Source: Entomortierella parvispora E1425 (lineage: Eukaryota; Fungi; Mortierellomycota). From it: 64,000 nt of DNA. This document shows, one piece after another, positions 63,301 through 64,000 of the stretch. The notes under the pieces were generated by a model that saw nothing but the letters and a program-made list of their open reading frames with translations, did not search any database and was not told where the DNA came from. The position numbers and the translations under genes are program-made. The stretch is from positions 2,046,001 to 2,110,000 of the forward strand of contig BQFW01000015.1 in assembly GCA_020891255.1 (NCBI GenBank), written 5' to 3'. How positions within the stretch are numbered: the first letter of the stretch is position 1; every line of letters starts with the position of its first letter.

Positions 63301-64000
63301 CATCCGACGACTTGATGGCTAGTGGAGGCGTTGAGGGAGCGCTAACAATACCAGCAGATGCGGCCAGTGCATCAGCATCCTCTTCGCTACCGCCTCCAAA
63401 AGCGCGGGCGACTGACATGGAAATTCCATAGAGTGTCCTGTACTGGAGTTCTGTTAGGTTCATGCTGACTTCAGACATGCGACCAACCAGCTCCAGGTCG
63501 GGACGAGGCAAGCCCGCCTTGTGCGCAGCGCGAATCATATCAAGATCAATGTCAACATCTTCGATGATTTGCAATTCCTGAACAGTGTCGTTAAAATAGA
63601 ACTGGCTGAGGAGGTTGATGGAGTGGATACCGAGCGTCATCTGGTCAAGAGTGCCACCGGCAATGTGCTCGTCGTCCGCGAACTCGTTACGGATAGAGAT
63701 CTGACCCAAATTGGCGACGATGGTGTTGCGTGACTTGGCATCCTTGGGCAGAATCACAATGGGAGTGCTAATCTCCACATCAAAGTGAAATTTGCTCGTG
63801 GTCGTCTGGAGTGCCTGCGCCTGATTCACCGCCGCGTTCCTGGCAGAGTCATAAAGTACGTGCATCCTAGCAAACTTTGTCGAAAAGTCCAAAAGTTGCT
63901 TGATGGGCTCTTCCAAGAACGTGAGCTGCAAGGAGCCTGCCCGCAAGAAGACAGAAGCGTCATATCCGGGATAGCTGGAGCTCTGGGAATCAAAGGTCTC
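57387..64000 (-). CDS. VPS13: VPS13 lipid-transfer protein, 3' part (adaptor-binding repeats, C-terminal ATG2_C/PH region); 5' part lies beyond the window
   Basis: YFNVRNSHWEPLLEPW, PYILKNRTG, LSAPVEIENLLPY, TKVVTITPRFILKN, WLQIDNQL, GSIEFLGNPVGLF, GVEGFFKGVGKGLVGAVTKP; stop at 57387. Confidence 0.96.

Overview
Intron-rich, gene-dense eukaryotic window from a fungus, most likely Mortierellaceae or another early-diverging lineage (inferred from intron style and the Mortierella-type FAD-monooxygenase family). About 17 protein-coding genes are supported: a partial FNBP4-like WW protein, ADP/ATP carrier, TBC1D13-like RabGAP, Mbp1/Res-like APSES factor, FAD-monooxygenase-like protein, TRA1, an orphan Ser-rich protein, RhoGAP, glutaredoxin, ABHD11-like hydrolase, a C2H2 protein, MEMO1, a small orphan, an LRR protein, two tandem SKL-ending long-chain acyl-CoA synthetases and the 3' part of VPS13. 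Four things stand out. (1) The small three-exon orphan at 47099-48105 matches FANCF in three colinear blocks, although FANCF is generally regarded as absent from fungi. (2) The C2H2 gene looks YY1/Pho-like, with a REPO/2W-hairpin motif, a His12 tract and a duplicated ZF1-ZF2 module. (3) A densely base-paired ~175-nt candidate ncRNA lies between the two acyl-CoA synthetase genes. (4) A CACTA-like transposon terminus lies at ~57.0-57.2 kb. All homology calls are by-eye comparisons with sequences recalled from memory; no searches were run.
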